Positions 34,933 through 48,772 of a stretch of 64,000 nt of DNA are shown piece after piece; position 1 is the stretch's first letter; each line of letters starts with the position of its first letter. Origin of the DNA: Sporopachydermia quercuum. Its lineage: Eukaryota. Position numbers and translations under genes: made by a program. The DNA lies in assembly GCA_001599295.1 (NCBI GenBank), contig BCGN01000002.1, positions 1,054,001 to 1,118,000 of the forward strand, given 5' to 3'. The notes under the pieces are model-generated. The model saw only the letters and a program-made list of their open reading frames with translations, was not told where the DNA came from and made no database searches.

Positions 34933-37900
34933 ATGCTTGTTCGTCAGATATCTAGAACTGCGGCAGGAGTTTCTAGAAATAAACTGATAACTTGTAGAGG
35001 GATCACAAGTTATCAAACTGCCAAACCTGTAATAATAAACAATAGAAAACAGTTTTCCACAAGTTGGTATTCATCAGAAAAGAAAACTATCAGCTCAGCT
35101 GATTTTGCTCTTCACTATAATGGCGGAGAAGAGAGTATTGCTACAAGACCGTTAGATACATTTGCTCGTCGTCATTTTGGTCCTGATCCTGAATCTACAA
35201 AGAAAATGCTTAAGACGTTAGGATATTCAGATTTACAAGAGTTTATTAAAGCCGCGGTACCAGAAAACATTCTGGTGCAGAGAAAGTTGAATATCTCACC
35301 AGCAAAGGGTTTCACTGAGACCGAGATGATTACTCATATGAAGAAATTAGCCTCCAAGAACAAAATCCTTCGCTCCTATATTGGTAAAGGTTACANTGGT
35401 ACCAATACACCTGCAGTTATCCTTAGAAACATTCTTGAATGTCCTGAATGGTACACATCATATACACCTTATCAGCCAGAAATTTCTCAAGGTAGACTTG
35501 AGGCTCTATTGAACTATCAAACTGTTGTTTCTGATTTGACTGGATTACCAATTGCTAATGCGTCTTTACTAGACGAAGGAACTGCAGCAGCAGAAGCAAT
35601 GATTATGTCCTTCCACGCATTGAAAGGCAAAAAGAAGATTTTTTTCGTTGATTCCAAACTTCATCCTCAAACTATCGATGTAGTGAAATCTCGTGCATCT
35701 GTGCTTGACATACAAGTAGTAATTGTTGATGCAACATCGACTGAAGGCTTTGACCTCATAAATAATCAAGTAAAGAACTCATGTGGCTTAATCATTCAAT
35801 ATCCTGCTACTGACGGCAGTATCAGCGATCTCAGCAAAATATCCGATTTGATTCACCAGAACAAAGGTATTTTCTCTGTTGCTACTGATTTACTAGCTTT
35901 GACTGTGCTTAAGCCTCCTAGTGAATTCGGTGCTGATATTGCCTTAGGATCTGCTCAGAGATTTGGTGTTCCAATGGGTTATGGTGGTCCACATGCTGCT
36001 TTCTTTGCTGTAAGCAATAAGTTCAATCGTAAAATGCCTGGTAGACTAATTGGGGTCAGTAAAGATAGATTAGGTGATCCTGCTTTAAGATTGGCTTTAC
36101 AGACTCGTGAGCAGCATATCAAGAGAGAAAAAGCTACCAGTAATATTTGTACTGCTCAAGCTTTACTTGCCAATATGGCCGGTGCTTATGCTGTATATCA
36201 TGGACCTGAAGGTCTGAAGAATATTGCTAAGAAGGTCCATGCTCAAGCCAGTGTTCTAGCGGCTGGTTTAGCTAGTAGTGAATTATATGAAGTTATGAAT
36301 AAAACTTGGTTTGATACTTTAACCATTAGACTGAAGAATGGCAGCAGTGATGAACTATTAGCTAAAGCCGTATCAGAATTTGGCATTAACTTATTCAAAG
36401 TCAATGAATCCACTGTCTCTGTCACGTTCGATGAAACTGTGTCAAAAGAAGATCTTGCTGATCTTCTCAAGCTCTTTGGAGTAAATGCAGAGCGAATTGA
36501 AACATCAGCCAATCTAGCAACCATTCCTGAAAGCTTTATTAGAACAACTGAGTTCCTTAGAAACCCAGTTTTCAACTCCTATCATAACGAAACTGCCATG
36601 TTGAGATATTTACATGAGCTTCAATCTAAGGATTTATCTCTTGCTAATAGCATGATTCCTCTTGGTTCATGTACTATGAAACTAAATGCAACGGTAGAAA
36701 TGATTCCGATCACTTGGCCTGAATTCAGCAACATTCATCCATTTGTTCCTAAAGACCAAGCTGAAGGTTACTTGGAATTGATCGCTGAACTGGAAAAAGA
36801 TCTAGCTGATATCACTGGTTTTGATTCAACCTCGCTGATGCCGAATTCTGGTGCTCAAGGTGAATACACCGGTTTAAGAACCATCAGGGCTTATTTGGAT
36901 GCTAAGGGGGAAACAGAAAGAAACATTTGCCTGATCCCCGTTTCAGCCCATGGAACCAACCCAGCATCTGCAGCAATGGCTGGCATGAAAGTAGTAGCAG
37001 TTAAATGTCTTGATAATGGTTCATTGGATCTTGAAGATCTTGCTGCTAAAGCTGAAAAGTTCAGTAAACAGTTGGCTGCTGTTATGATCACTTATCCTTC
37101 TACTTATGGTCTGTTTGAACCTGGTATCAAAGATGCTATTGATATTGTTCATAGCCATGGTGGCCAAGTCTATCTTGATGGTGCTAATATGAATGCTCAA
37201 GTTGGCTTAACCTCGCCTGGTGATCTAGGGGCTGATGTTTGTCATTTGAACTTGCACAAGACATTCTGTATTCCTCACGGCGGTGGTGGTCCCGGTGTTG
37301 GTCCAATTTGCGTTAAGAGCCATTTAGCACCTTTCTTGCCGAGTCATTCTATTGTCAGCGTCAATGGCGAAAATGCCATTGAAGCTGTTTGTTCTGCTCC
37401 TTATGGTTCTGCGTCTATCTTACCTATTTCTTATAGTTACATCAAAATGATGGGCAGTGAAAATCTTCCTTATTCTTCTGTAATTGCCATGCTGAGTGCT
37501 AACTATATGGTCCAAAGGTTGAAAGATTACTATCCTGTTATGTTTATTGGTGATGATGGTATTAAGCACTGTGGTCATGAATTTATTCTAGATACTCGTG
37601 GATTCCATAATGCACAAGCTATTGATATAGCCAAGAGATTACAAGATTATTCATTCCATGCTCCAACTATGTCTTTCCCTGTTGCTAACACGTTGATGAT
37701 AGAACCTACTGAGAGCGAAGATCTGATTGAAATCGACCGGTTTATTGACTCTATGATTTCTATTAGAAAAGAAATCGATNTACTAGAAAATGGCGATAAA
37801 GCAGGCAATGTTCTTAAGAATGCTCCTCATAATTTGAAAGATCTTCTCTCTGGAGAAGAAGAATGGGTTGAAAGAGGATATACCAGAGAACAGGCTGCTT

Positions 37901-38025
37901 ATCCCTTGCCTGGCTTAAAGAACAGAAAGTTCTGGCCTCATGTCGCTAGAGTAGATGATACCTATGGTGATTTGAACTTACTATGTACTTGTCCTAGTGT
38001 AAATGATGTTGCGGAAGAAGTTTAA
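34933..38025 (+). CDS. GCV2: Glycine decarboxylase P subunit
   Basis: [34 protein letters not shown]-lysine motif [18 protein letters not shown]; mitochondrial presequence. Confidence 0.98.
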   Translation: MLVRQISRTAAGVSRNKLITCRGITSYQTAKPVIINNRKQFSTSWYSSEKKTISSADFALHYNGGEESIATRPLDTFARRHFGPDPESTKKMLKTLGYSDLQEFIKAAVPENILVQRKLNISPAKGFTETEMITHMKKLASKNKILRSYIGKGYXGTNTPAVILRNILECPEWYTSYTPYQPEISQGRLEALLNYQTVVSDLTGLPIANASLLDEGTAAAEAMIMSFHALKGKKKIFFVDSKLHPQTIDVVKSRASVLDIQVVIVDATSTEGFDLINNQVKNSCGLIIQYPATDGSISDLSKISDLIHQNKGIFSVATDLLALTVLKPPSEFGADIALGSAQRFGVPMGYGGPHAAFFAVSNKFNRKMPGRLIGVSKDRLGDPALRLALQTREQHIKREKATSNICTAQALLANMAGAYAVYHGPEGLKNIAKKVHAQASVLAAGLASSELYEVMNKTWFDTLTIRLKNGSSDELLAKAVSEFGINLFKVNESTVSVTFDETVSKEDLADLLKLFGVNAERIETSANLATIPESFIRTTEFLRNPVFNSYHNETAMLRYLHELQSKDLSLANSMIPLGSCTMKLNATVEMIPITWPEFSNIHPFVPKDQAEGYLELIAELEKDLADITGFDSTSLMPNSGAQGEYTGLRTIRAYLDAKGETERNICLIPVSAHGTNPASAAMAGMKVVAVKCLDNGSLDLEDLAAKAEKFSKQLAAVMITYPSTYGLFEPGIKDAIDIVHSHGGQVYLDGANMNAQVGLTSPGDLGADVCHLNLHKTFCIPHGGGGPGVGPICVKSHLAPFLPSHSIVSVNGENAIEAVCSAPYGSASILPISYSYIKMMGSENLPYSSVIAMLSANYMVQRLKDYYPVMFIGDDGIKHCGHEFILDTRGFHNAQAIDIAKRLQDYSFHAPTMSFPVANTLMIEPTESEDLIEIDRFIDSMISIRKEIDXLENGDKAGNVLKNAPHNLKDLLSGEEEWVERGYTREQAAYPLPGLKNRKFWPHVARVDDTYGDLNLLCTCPSVNDVAEEV

Positions 38026-38626
38026 GTACTTTTAGAGCGACGNAAGAAGATAAATCATAGTAATTCAACATAAATACTCCTTCTNTTAGTCATTTCCTTT
38101 CCTTTCTTTTCTTTCGGTGGGGCTGGTTTGCTACTATGTTCTTTGCTAGTAGGTAAAGCATTAGTATATATATGAATGTATTTGTTCAACACAATGAATA
38201 TTTATTTAGAATACTATTAGATTACACCAGTTACAAGTAAGATATGAATAGAACTCTCAGCTCAAAATGGTATGTATTTAATTTCATGTCGTAGTTTTAA
38301 ATGATTGATAAAACAATAATGACACTGGAAATATGATACCTCTTTCTTATCAGGCTATCAAATGATCAGTTTAGTATTGATATTCGAAGGGCGAAAGATC
38401 TCTAGTACAAGGCTAGACCTTCCCACTGTTCGTATTGCTAACACACCATTCAACATATATAGTACTTAGACATGATACTTTCTAATAAATACTGGAGTGG
38501 GTAGCATTGTAACTACTGTACTGCAAGAGAAGAAAATCATAGGTTAAGTAAACTACAAGTATAAAAGNATAAGATAGATACATGAAATATATTAGAGAAA
38601 GTACAAGTAAATACATTTGACTAAAT

Positions 38627-40003
38627 CTATTTCTTACTGGCCTTTTGAGCAGCCTTAGTGACCTTACCAGCCTTGTCAGACTTTTCGACAGCCTTAATAA
38701 CACCAACGGCAACAGTTTGTCTCATATCTCTGACGGCGAATCTTCCAAGAGGAGGATAGTCAGTGAAAGCTTCAACACACATAGGCTTGGAAGGAACCAT
38801 CTTGACGATAGCAGCATCACCGGACTTGATGAACTTGGGTGAATCTTCCATCTTCTTACCAGTTCTTCTGTCGATCTTTTCTAACAAAGTGTCAAACTTG
38901 CAAGCAATGTGGGCNGTGTGACAATCTAAAACTGGTGCGTAACCAGCAGAGATTTGACCAGGGTGGTTAAGAACGATAACTTGAGCAGTGAAGTTATCGC
39001 AACCCTTAGGAGGATCGTTCTTGGAGTCACCACAGACGTTACCTCTTCTAATTTCCTTGACGGAAACGTTCTTAACGTTGAAACCAACGTTGTCACCAGG
39101 AAGACCTTCAACCAATTGTTCGTGATGCATTTCGACGGACTTGACTTCAGTGGTAACACCGGCAGGGGCAAAGGTAACAACCATACCAGCCTTGATAACA
39201 CCGGTTTCAACACGACCAACAGGCACAGTTCCGATACCACCAATCTTGTAGACATCTTGTAAAGGAAGTCTAAGAGGCTTGTCGGAAGGTCTGGTAGGAG
39301 GCTCAATGGCATCAATGGCTTCTAACAAAGTCTTGCCCTTGACGACACCAGCCTTGGTTTCCTTTTGCCATCCCTTGTACCATGGGCAGTTGGAGGAGGG
39401 TTCAATCATGTTNTCACCGTTCCAACCAGAGATAGGAACGAAAGGAACGGTCTTGGGGTTGTAACCAACCTTCTTGATGAAGTTGGAGGTTTCCTTGACG
39501 ATTTCTTCGTATCTGGCTTCAGACCACTTGACGGAGTCCATCTTGTTGATGGCAACAATCAATTGTCTAACACCTAAGGTGAAAGCCAACAAAGCGTGTT
39601 CTCTGGTTTGACCATCCTTGGAAATACCGGCTTCGAATTCACCAGTACCACCAGCAATGATCAAGATAGCACAATCGGCTTGAGAAGTACCAGTAATCAT
39701 GTTCTTGATGAAATCTCTGTGGCCAGGGGCATCAATAATGGTGACATAGTACTTAGGAGTTTCAAACTTCCATAAAGCGATATCAATGGTGATACCTCTT
39801 TCTCTTTCAGCCTTAAGCTTGTCCAAAACCCAAGCATACTTGAAAGAACCCTTTCCTAATTCGGCGGCTTCCTTCTCAAACTTTTCAATGGTTCTCTTAT
39901 CGATACCACCGCACTTGTAAATCAAGTGACCGGTAGTGGTGGACTTACCAGAATCGACGTGACCAATGACGACGAGATTAACGTGAGTCTTTTCCTTACC
40001 CAT
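38627..40003 (-). CDS. TEF1: Translation elongation factor eEF1A
   Basis: [23 protein letters not shown]; near-identical to recalled yeast eEF1A; strong codon bias. Confidence 0.99.
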   Translation of the reverse strand: MGKEKTHVNLVVIGHVDSGKSTTTGHLIYKCGGIDKRTIEKFEKEAAELGKGSFKYAWVLDKLKAERERGITIDIALWKFETPKYYVTIIDAPGHRDFIKNMITGTSQADCAILIIAGGTGEFEAGISKDGQTREHALLAFTLGVRQLIVAINKMDSVKWSEARYEEIVKETSNFIKKVGYNPKTVPFVPISGWNGXNMIEPSSNCPWYKGWQKETKAGVVKGKTLLEAIDAIEPPTRPSDKPLRLPLQDVYKIGGIGTVPVGRVETGVIKAGMVVTFAPAGVTTEVKSVEMHHEQLVEGLPGDNVGFNVKNVSVKEIRRGNVCGDSKNDPPKGCDNFTAQVIVLNHPGQISAGYAPVLDCHXAHIACKFDTLLEKIDRRTGKKMEDSPKFIKSGDAAIVKMVPSKPMCVEAFTDYPPLGRFAVRDMRQTVAVGVIKAVEKSDKAGKVTKAAQKASKK

Positions 40004-40228
40004 TGTTGCAAATTATATATGTGGTGATAAAGTCGTAAGATTGAAGAAATCTATAAATACCTCAGATAGTAATGCTGTTGATTACAGGTGTGAGCGACAA
40101 AGAAAGGAAAAGAGAAAAAAAAGTGAGCAGAAAAAATGAAAACAAAGAGGAAAACAACAATTCTGTTGGTAAAGGATTATGTGTCTTTTTATAAACCATT
40201 TTTCTGAACTTAACAAACACTAATAATG

Positions 40229-40356
40229 GGAAAAATTTTTCATTTGCGGTTAGAAATCTGAAAAAGTCGCCTCATAGTGGGAAACGCTAAAATTGAAAAA
40301 CTGAAACTTTAAACAAGAANTTTTTCATTTATTGTGTACATGTAATAANTTTTTCT
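40229..40356. promoter_or_regulatory. TEF1 promoter elements: RRPE-like GAAAAATTTT (about 40230) and Reb1-type TTACCCGG (40349)
   Basis: Motif matches 230-350 bp upstream of the ATG. Confidence 0.5.
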
Positions 40357-42874
40357 GGTTACCCGGCTTAAAATTGACGATAAGGTGAAGAGTTTAAATA
40401 GGATTTGGTTATTGCTTGTTAGTGTGATAGGAAGAACATTGAAATGGTTGGGACTTTTGAATAGAAGAAATGATCAATTAAATAGAAGAAAAAAGAACGG
40501 AATTGTTATTTAAGATCACTCATTTCATTGAATCAAGAAAAAAAATAGTTTGAATATATCAGGAATATATCAGAAGGCACCTTGTCTGTTGATGGATGCT
40601 GATTTTCAGTTAAGGGTGTCACTTCCCAAATAACGTTCTTATGCATACAAGTGCAGAACCTTTAAGAAGCCAAAAGCATTTAGAATTCTGCATGTGGTAG
40701 CTCATTCATTGGTTGTGCTGTCAAAGGTGAGACTTCATGGTAAGAAGTGAATGGAAGTACAAGAACTGAAAGGCGAGATGAAGTAAATAAGTAAATAAAA
40801 TATGGTAGAAATAACAAAAGACGATNAATATTGGATTGTAGGATAGTACTAACAAAAGAGCCTATTTCAATTGAACTTTGTTGCTTCATTTGCTGTTTAG
40901 TTGATTTTGGTATTAGTTGAGAAGTTTGAGTGTACGGGAATAAAACTAGTATCTTAAGTGGAGAGGTGATCGTTTGATTATTCGATACCTCCCCATAAAA
41001 TATTCTGTATCAGGTAGCTTGTCATCCTAATAATAAAGACGAATTTTTTTGGTTATTGTTCACCTAAGGGCTTTCAATAGGGCTCAAATCTAATCTAAGA
41101 ATCTAATATGCCCTATAGGGCTTGCACTAGACTATCAGCACTTGCGATACGTTTTTTACATTGTGTATGTGCAGGGGTAGGAAGTATGAAGATCATATTG
41201 TTTATCTATCAAATATTTGTTGCCATCAGAAACTGGACAACTTGTGTTACTAGTTCCTAATAACTCGCTGATCTCCCAAATGAGTGTAGAACATGACCGA
41301 GAAATCTTCTAATATGGACTACGTTCCGTAAGCTTGACGTAAGGGAGTTTTGAAGATTGGTTTATAGTGGTAGAGCGTCCTAAATTTGAGAATTGCTTTT
41401 AGGCAACAGATAAGTAGGCGTATCGTATTTTGAAGACAGATCAATTATGTTCCCTGTTCCAGATCTATTTTTAGGTCCATTAAGCCTAGTACCTCCATGA
41501 ATCGTCAATTGAACAATATTTATTAATCATTTTCCNAGAGAGGAGAAAACAGGTATTGTAGATTGAATTACTTGTTCAGGCATTTAAACCAGTCATGTGA
41601 TAGTATACTGAGTTAAGTATGGTAATTTTACATTGAGAAGGGACGGGACAGGCCATGATCAGATTGACTAATGACCTTTCAAGTTCTAACGGTTAACCCC
41701 GNCATCATCCCCACCATCGCCACAGTTTCACTCGGACAGGCCAAGCCACAAATAATTGTTAATTCTCCTGTGGTCAAAATGTAATTAAAGTAAGCAAAAC
41801 CAACTCTTGATTAGGCTTTGATAGTTTGCTTTCCGAAAACTAACGCTTTTTTTCTTCGTTTCTCTCTGCCTTCCGTTTTCATATGAAATCACAGAGAAAA
41901 ATCAAATTATATAGTAAGTTGAACACTTTTGCGATTCAGAACGTTTGTTGATATCTCAACATATACCATATCACTCACCTATTCTGTTTCATCTTCTAAA
42001 GTTTTTATTCCATTCATGCCTTCTGAACAGGGTGGTTCAATTGAAGTAATCTTCAACGACTTTTCTTGTCTTGAAATTCAGACCCCATAAACCCTATTAT
42101 TTTGTCCTGTCCGGTAAAAACTGTCAGTTTGTGGGCGGAAAAACCTTAATCTGGAAANGCCGTTTTCGGATCCTCCCAATCACCAATTGCTATTATCAGA
42201 CGAATCGACTTGCCTCTTTTGGGAAACATCACACTTGTTTTTATTTTAGAGATGAGGATGGGTCATAAAAAAGCAATTGATTAGCTTGTTCGGTTGCTGC
42301 CCGTTCAGATGCTAGAAGACAACATACTGGAAATCCAACCAAAACAAATGATTGTTNAGAAAGATTGGGAAAGTGTTACTCTGTCTCATTGTAAGAATAA
42401 TCCTGCTAACCAAGCTGCTTCAGAGACCGATCACACCGATTTATTGCTCTTTTCTATTATATCTGTCTGTTGGATGCTTGTTGTTGTGTTATGAATTCAG
42501 TAGGAGCTTTCATAGACATATTTGCGCTTGTGAAATTGCGAGAATAAGGATATTTAATTGTTTCTCTACCTTGCAATTGAAGCTGAATATTTTGATATAT
42601 AGATAATAAAAAGTATTAATAATTATTAGGACATTATGTCAAATATACTGTATAATACATAAATAGACCAAACCGAACCCAATTTTATAATCAATGGTAA
42701 GACAACAATACACCAATAAAATACATAAAAAATCCCACCAGTATATAACCATAGAAATGAAAAATAAAAATAAAAATAAAGTGTAACCCATAACCTTTAA
42801 AAAATGAGATATTCTAATATACAACTTGAGCCCCTGTGTACGCATTATTTAAACACCAAAAGAAAGAATTAAAA

Positions 42875-44188
42875 TCATAAATATTGGCTGAACATTTTAT
42901 CTTCTAACCAGCCAACTTTTTCGAAGGCAGTAAAAAGTCTCGATGCCTTGTTTACATCGATTCTGCAAGACTTTTGAGCGTCCGTTCTTCTGAAAGCAAG
43001 ACCAATTCTTAATCTTCTTACTTTCTCAGCAAATAGTCTTTTCTTAGAATCTAAATAAACATTGCAAGGTAATCGTAATACACTAGCTAAATAGACTTCA
43101 GCTGGATGTAACAAATGTACATATGGATCTTTAGATAAATCCATTGGTTGACCTTTCCATTCAACTTTCAAACATTTGTTGCTATTTGGTAGACTTGATG
43201 GAGACGGAGAAAAGTCTTCTAATTGATTGTATGAAGCGTCATGAACTTCATTGCCCGTAGTTCCGTAGTGTGAACTAGAAGTTGCTGGAATATTCGACTC
43301 GAAATCAGGAGGCAAGGGTGTGCCAATTGATGGAGAATCAAAATCATTTGGAACAAAAGTTGGTTCTGGTTGAGGCTCGGCTGAAGGAGTATTAGCTGTT
43401 GAACGAGAACGTTTGACACCAGTTTTAACCTTCTTTGCCTTTGATGAAGGTGATTCAGAGGATCTCTTAGAAATTGTTTCAACCTTTATTAAAGGACCGT
43501 TCTCCACATTAAGAGAAGCTGGTTGACTAGAAGGGCTTGATGAAAGAGAGATAGTTCCGTGAAATTGAGCAAGAGCAGCAGAAACATCAGGTTCTTCTGC
43601 AACAATGCCCTGCTTGGCTTTCAATGCCTCGATTCTTTCTCTCGCCTTTTCTTCATCTTCTTTTGCCTTTTTCAATCTCTTAGCCTTAGCCAATTCGGCT
43701 GCAACTTCTTGTGCTTCTATAATTTTCCTTCTCTTAGCTTGCTCCTTGATTGCGTCTGAATACATATTGAAAAAAGCCTTCTGTTTGAAGTAATATTTTC
43801 GGGGATTGGTTTTCAGTTCATTCCAAGAAGAGATTTGTAAAGCTGCTGTAGGTTTATGACCAACAGACACTTCTCTGTCTGTGCTTTCTTGGGTTTCACC
43901 ACTAACAGAAGTTTCTGTGTGACGCGTTTCTATTTTGTTCGTTTCCGTTGTGGAAGCAAATAATGGTTGAGCTAAAGATCCCTCTGGAACTATGTCTACT
44001 CTTTGATAAGGAGATAAAGGCGGTGATGGCATAGAACTCATAGAAGCATTTGAGGCAAATCCTTCTTCACCAACCGACCTTGGTAATCGCCTTGTATCTG
44101 ACACTGATGCTGACATTTTGTAATTTGACAGTTTAGAATACACTGAATCTAATTCTGTTGAAAATAATGTGGGTGCTGATGTTGTCAT
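42875..44188 (-). CDS. FUN19: SWIRM-domain protein, Fun19/YOR338W family
   Basis: MPSPPLSP and the C-terminal WKGQPMDLSKDP...LHPAEVYLASVLRL...FRRTDAQKSCRIDVNKASRLF. First ATG is at 44188; the ORF track starts at a TTG. Confidence 0.88.
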   Translation of the reverse strand: MTTSAPTLFSTELDSVYSKLSNYKMSASVSDTRRLPRSVGEEGFASNASMSSMPSPPLSPYQRVDIVPEGSLAQPLFASTTETNKIETRHTETSVSGETQESTDREVSVGHKPTAALQISSWNELKTNPRKYYFKQKAFFNMYSDAIKEQAKRRKIIEAQEVAAELAKAKRLKKAKEDEEKARERIEALKAKQGIVAEEPDVSAALAQFHGTISLSSSPSSQPASLNVENGPLIKVETISKRSSESPSSKAKKVKTGVKRSRSTANTPSAEPQPEPTFVPNDFDSPSIGTPLPPDFESNIPATSSSHYGTTGNEVHDASYNQLEDFSPSPSSLPNSNKCLKVEWKGQPMDLSKDPYVHLLHPAEVYLASVLRLPCNVYLDSKKRLFAEKVRRLRIGLAFRRTDAQKSCRIDVNKASRLFTAFEKVGWLEDKMFSQYL

Positions 44189-47100
44189 TATATTTGACAA
44201 TGAACTATTTTATTGTATTCGTTTGGTATTATTAGATACTTGATGTTACAATGTAAAGATTTCTGAAAGGATGATGATCAATTGAGAATGAGTCTCGAAA
44301 TTTGAACTTGTTTCGAGTCTGTGACTGATTAATGATTGCTTGCGATGTGTTTGACACTTGATACAATTGTGTTACTCTTGAATGTTTAGGACAAAATCTA
44401 TTTGACTAATCAGTTCCATCACCGATAACGAAACTGGATTAGGAAGATAAGGTAATAGATTATAATCAGGAAGAGGTTACTATTTATATAAGAAATTTTT
44501 TTATTCTGTTTAGTTAAGAATTTTAGCTTTATCTAGTGCTATTGTTTTTCAATAAAGTTATTTGTTTGGTTTGGTATTCGCTATTTATGGTAAGATCAGC
44601 GTTGACAGATAGAATATCGCACGAAAAGCTTTATAATAAGATTATAGTTTGTATGGAAGGAAAATTCAATTGAGTCACTGAGATCAATTGAGTTAGAGTT
44701 TGGTGTCACTTTAAATGTTACAAGGGTCTGANATGGATTTTGTATGTATAGAAATCGGATTTATGTGAATGATTTTGGCATCACTGAGAAATTAACTTAC
44801 GGACAAAATTTTGATTATTATGTACATGTGAATTTACATGTTGTTCTGTACTTTTGCATAGATTGGACAGATCTCGTAATGTTATTTTATACATGTACAT
44901 NGCCTTTTGTGAGAAGTCATCTTCCTTTCCTCCTTCATTAACTATGGAGGATACGCAGTAGTCTGAGGTTTTATAGGATCGGAAACCAACCAACTTGAGA
45001 TTTGCAACTCATGTCAATTGTCCGTTTATACTCAATTGTTTTGTGAAGAGCAAAGATTGAATGTGATGTCACATTTGCCACTTTTAATAGTCAATGGNTT
45101 TGAAAATCTAAAAATAACCTAGGGAAAATCGTTGGTAATATTAGTAAGTTTTCATCAATCGATGCTTGTGAACCAAATGAGGTTCTTCTTCTGATAACGG
45201 TTCCATATGAAATTTGAAAGAAAGGGTAAACTTTCTTCTTCACAGCGAAACAGAAAGGTTTTCTCAGTTTTCCAGGACACCGGTTGTCCCGAAATGATAA
45301 ATTTTTGTGTAACTTCCTCTCTTCCTTCTTTTCTTCCTAGCTTTTTTTNTTCCGGTTGTGACTGTTTTTCCTAACAGGAAATGATAAGGCTTTGCAATTG
45401 ATTGTTTATTGTAAACTACTATCAAAATGCCTATATTTTACTAATTGTTTGCAAGCTAACCAGACATTTCCCTATTACCTTGCTCCTCCCCCCAGACACC
45501 AAAAGAAACCTGCAAAAATTATGTCTCTTTCTCCAACTCCCCAATATATCAAGTAACATTGAAACCCAGTAACATGAGCGTTTTTCTATATGATAAGCTC
45601 TTTCTATTGGTTTCATTCAAATATTTGAAAATAATCCGCATCGGAATATGGTTGATTTGTTTCCCGGTTTCAAGCGTGTCATGTCGGGACAGAATTTTCA
45701 GTTATACCCGATCAGACCCTGGTACATCTTTTTCATCTGAAACTAAAGGCATTGATTGCCTTTAGTTTGGAACTTTCTTTTATCAGCAATTACTCAATTC
45801 ATATAGATTTTCCCTTGGAATATTCCTTTTTAGAAATTAAAGTTCCAGGAAGCTAAGTGTCGGGGAGATTTATGGCATGCTGAATGTGTAGAGTAACAGT
45901 AATTCTCTCTAATTCAAATACGTGGATGTTTCAAGTTCAGTAAATCTATCTAANACCACTATTAATTTGATTATCAAGGCCAATTATCAACTTACAATAT
46001 AGGGGTTGGTCTACTTCTTGGTTAAACAGCATGAGAAAACAGAGTACTCAATATTGAGAGCAACAGCTCACAAGACAAAAATCTGAAGTAAAGTTTAAGT
46101 ACATGTATTTTGATTAAACTCAATTTCAGTCTGAGATATAAAACCGTTGAAAATGCAACGATAAATCGGCTTCGTCAAAATAAGGATTTCCGAGTTATCT
46201 GATTCGTTAAAGGAAATCTCCCTAACTGGCTTATCGTTTTAGCCAATGTCAACTTTTGGAAGAAAAAAAATTAAAGAATTAATCTCGACCTACAATTGAT
46301 TCAAATCTCAACTTAGAATATGATCACATGAATCTGATGATCTTGAATACTAGTTACGACGAAGATCCAATGCGTTTTCGGTTGACAGATGGTTATTGAT
46401 TATTGAGGCATTTAAAATTTGTTTTCTTTTGTGAATTTGTTCTTTTTAATGAATAGGGCGCATCTTGAAATCTCAAAAGCCATTCAGAGGTACAATCTTT
46501 TCCCAAACTGTAGGACACGACACTTGAATCAGATAAGGATCATGCTTGTTAAGTAAGATGCCTCAATAAGATAGTTTATTTATTGTCAATACAACTTATG
46601 AGTATGCAATTTGTATGCTCTGCCTAAGCACTTTAGCTAAACACAGCACTTGTTGATTACAGTTTATTTCCAGTTTCACATCTTTTTCCCGATTACATTT
46701 GACTAGAATCCTCGGGTTTTTGCCTTTGAAACAAAATGAGATATTGTCTTGGAAGAATGCATTGAGAAAAGCATAAGCGTTAGCTACATAGTTATGATTT
46801 TTGTAAGGATGTATATAAGTAGTATATACCGCTGACTAATGTAGAGAGAGCACCCTGAGTGTTATATTTTATATTTTACATGGTATCGATTGTACGTTCG
46901 AAAATCAATATGAGTTGAAAGCAGCATCGAGGCAACTCTTATACTTACCTTGAAGCCGTTGGTCGTTGGTTACTTTATAGGCCGATGGTTATTCGTTCTC
47001 TATTGTAACAAGAGACCTCTCAATAATGTTTCTTGCATTGGCTGGTATCATTCAATTGACTATAATTGTCAAAATCTTTCTTTCATCACATTGGATATTA

Positions 47101-47202
47101 TTTGGTTGATATAGTACCAATAAATCGGTGAATCAGCATTTGCTCCTCCGCTCTTTCATTTCTCAACTACGGTCAAATGAACAGCTCCTTACTTCTCATT
47201 CA

Positions 47203-47230
47203 TTTTTTTTTTTTTTTTTTTTTTTTTTTT
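47203..47230 (+). repeat. Poly(dT) tract of 28 nt
   Basis: Read directly. Probably nucleosome-excluding, in the FUN19/YJU2 divergent intergenic region. Confidence 0.9.
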
Positions 47231-47809
47231 GGCATCTGACCATTATTGAAATAAGCTGTTGGATTGCCAATTATGCAATCTGCAGAATAAGCAATTTTCC
47301 AGTTCATGGAACAACTTTTTTGTTTCAGTTCCAAGCTCATCGATTCACTACGCTCTTATCTCATTGTTCCCTCACAGCAATTGATTCATGTCTCAGTAAT
47401 CAGCCAGTAATGGAAAAAGACTCATGCTTCCAAGCCTGACTGACAGTCTTATAATACAGACAATCTGACATTTTTACCTATGTCACAATTATATTCCCAC
47501 CGGCTACTTGGGGATTTCTGAAGACTTTAGAATTTCTAGTATCTANTATTAAAGGAAGNTAACAATAAAAAATTCAATGCTTTGTTTTCACGACATTATT
47601 TCAATAAAGTAGTTGCCTCCTCAAAATTAAACCATCTTCATTAACCAGTGGAGACAAGCAATGGAATGAAAGTTGAGCCATTTACTCACTGATTGTCTTA
47701 TTACTAGATTACCATAATCTTCAAACAGGATCAAGTCAGACAAGTGATACAAACCAATCATAAACAAGCATCGCACCTCCTTCCTTAATTCTATTCACTA
47801 CTTTTCAAA

Positions 47810-48772
47810 ATGTCTGAAAGAAAAGTTATTAGTAAATATTATCCTCCAGATTTTGATCCCTCAAAAATAGCGAAACGGAAGAAAGTTATTAAAACAGGGA
47901 AGAATGCTTTGCTTACTGTTCGTCTGATGGCACCATTCTCCATGAAATGTACAGCATGTGGAGAATATATATACAAAAGCAGGAAGTTCAATGCTAAAAA
48001 GGAGGACACTGGCGATAGATATTTAGGAGTTAAGATTTTCCGCTTTTACATTCGGTGTCCTCGGTGCTCAGGTGAGATAAGATTTCGAACTGATCCTAAG
48101 AATTCAGATTATAAAACAGAATCAGGTGCAGTTAGAAATTATGATCCCAAGAAGGATGAGAATGCAGATGACGATCGACCAGAGACAATGGAAGAAATAA
48201 TGGAAAGATTAGAAAAGGCTGAGAAAGAAGAGCAAGAACAGCTTANTCCTGATAAAGTTAAGAAAGATCAAGACTTGATTGCCCAGTTAGAAGCGAAGCT
48301 TGCCGAAACCCAAAGAGAACAAGCAGAGGCAGATGAGCTTGATCAAATAAGACTATGGAATGCGCGCTTAGAACAGAAATCTGCTTCACAAGCAGATAGG
48401 GAAATACAAGATGTATTAGCTGATGCCGAAAAGGCAGATGCATTGGAGAGGGAAGTGGAAGAAGCAGCAAAAGAAGCATTTCGAAATAGAAGAAAACAAT
48501 CAATGGAACAAAGGAAGGTATTAAGAATGCCGACCAACAATGCAACAACAAATATTCCCATCACTCGAAAATCTGAACCAACCCTTGAGTCTACAGTGCA
48601 GCCAAAATCGACTAAAACGAACTCTTTATTAGGTGGGTACTCTGATAGTAGTGATGACGAAAAAAATGATCCACCTGCTATCAAACAGAATGATACTGNT
48701 CCGAATAAGAAAATTATTATAACAAACAGGAAAAGGGCGAACGGTCTTGGTGTATTAATAAAGAAGAAATAA
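47810..48772 (+). CDS. YJU2: Splicing factor Yju2/Cwf16
   Basis: [35 protein letters not shown], second CxxC and TDPKNSDY. Confidence 0.96.
   Translation: MSERKVISKYYPPDFDPSKIAKRKKVIKTGKNALLTVRLMAPFSMKCTACGEYIYKSRKFNAKKEDTGDRYLGVKIFRFYIRCPRCSGEIRFRTDPKNSDYKTESGAVRNYDPKKDENADDDRPETMEEIMERLEKAEKEEQEQLXPDKVKKDQDLIAQLEAKLAETQREQAEADELDQIRLWNARLEQKSASQADREIQDVLADAEKADALEREVEEAAKEAFRNRRKQSMEQRKVLRMPTNNATTNIPITRKSEPTLESTVQPKSTKTNSLLGGYSDSSDDEKNDPPAIKQNDTXPNKKIIITNRKRANGLGVLIKKK

Noticed and set aside
41187..41271. ATGAAGA...CTGA as a C/D snoRNA
   Set aside because: Degenerate C box, poor terminal stem and no rRNA complement recognised.
26176..48772. Alternative genetic code (CUG-Ser or CUG-Ala)
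   Set aside because: CTG occupies conserved Leu sites (SGS1 QVLHYF, GCV2 YGLFE and GLKNI, YJU2 VRLMAP, also YCK SLEDLF). The tRNA-Ala anticodon is AGC, not CAG.
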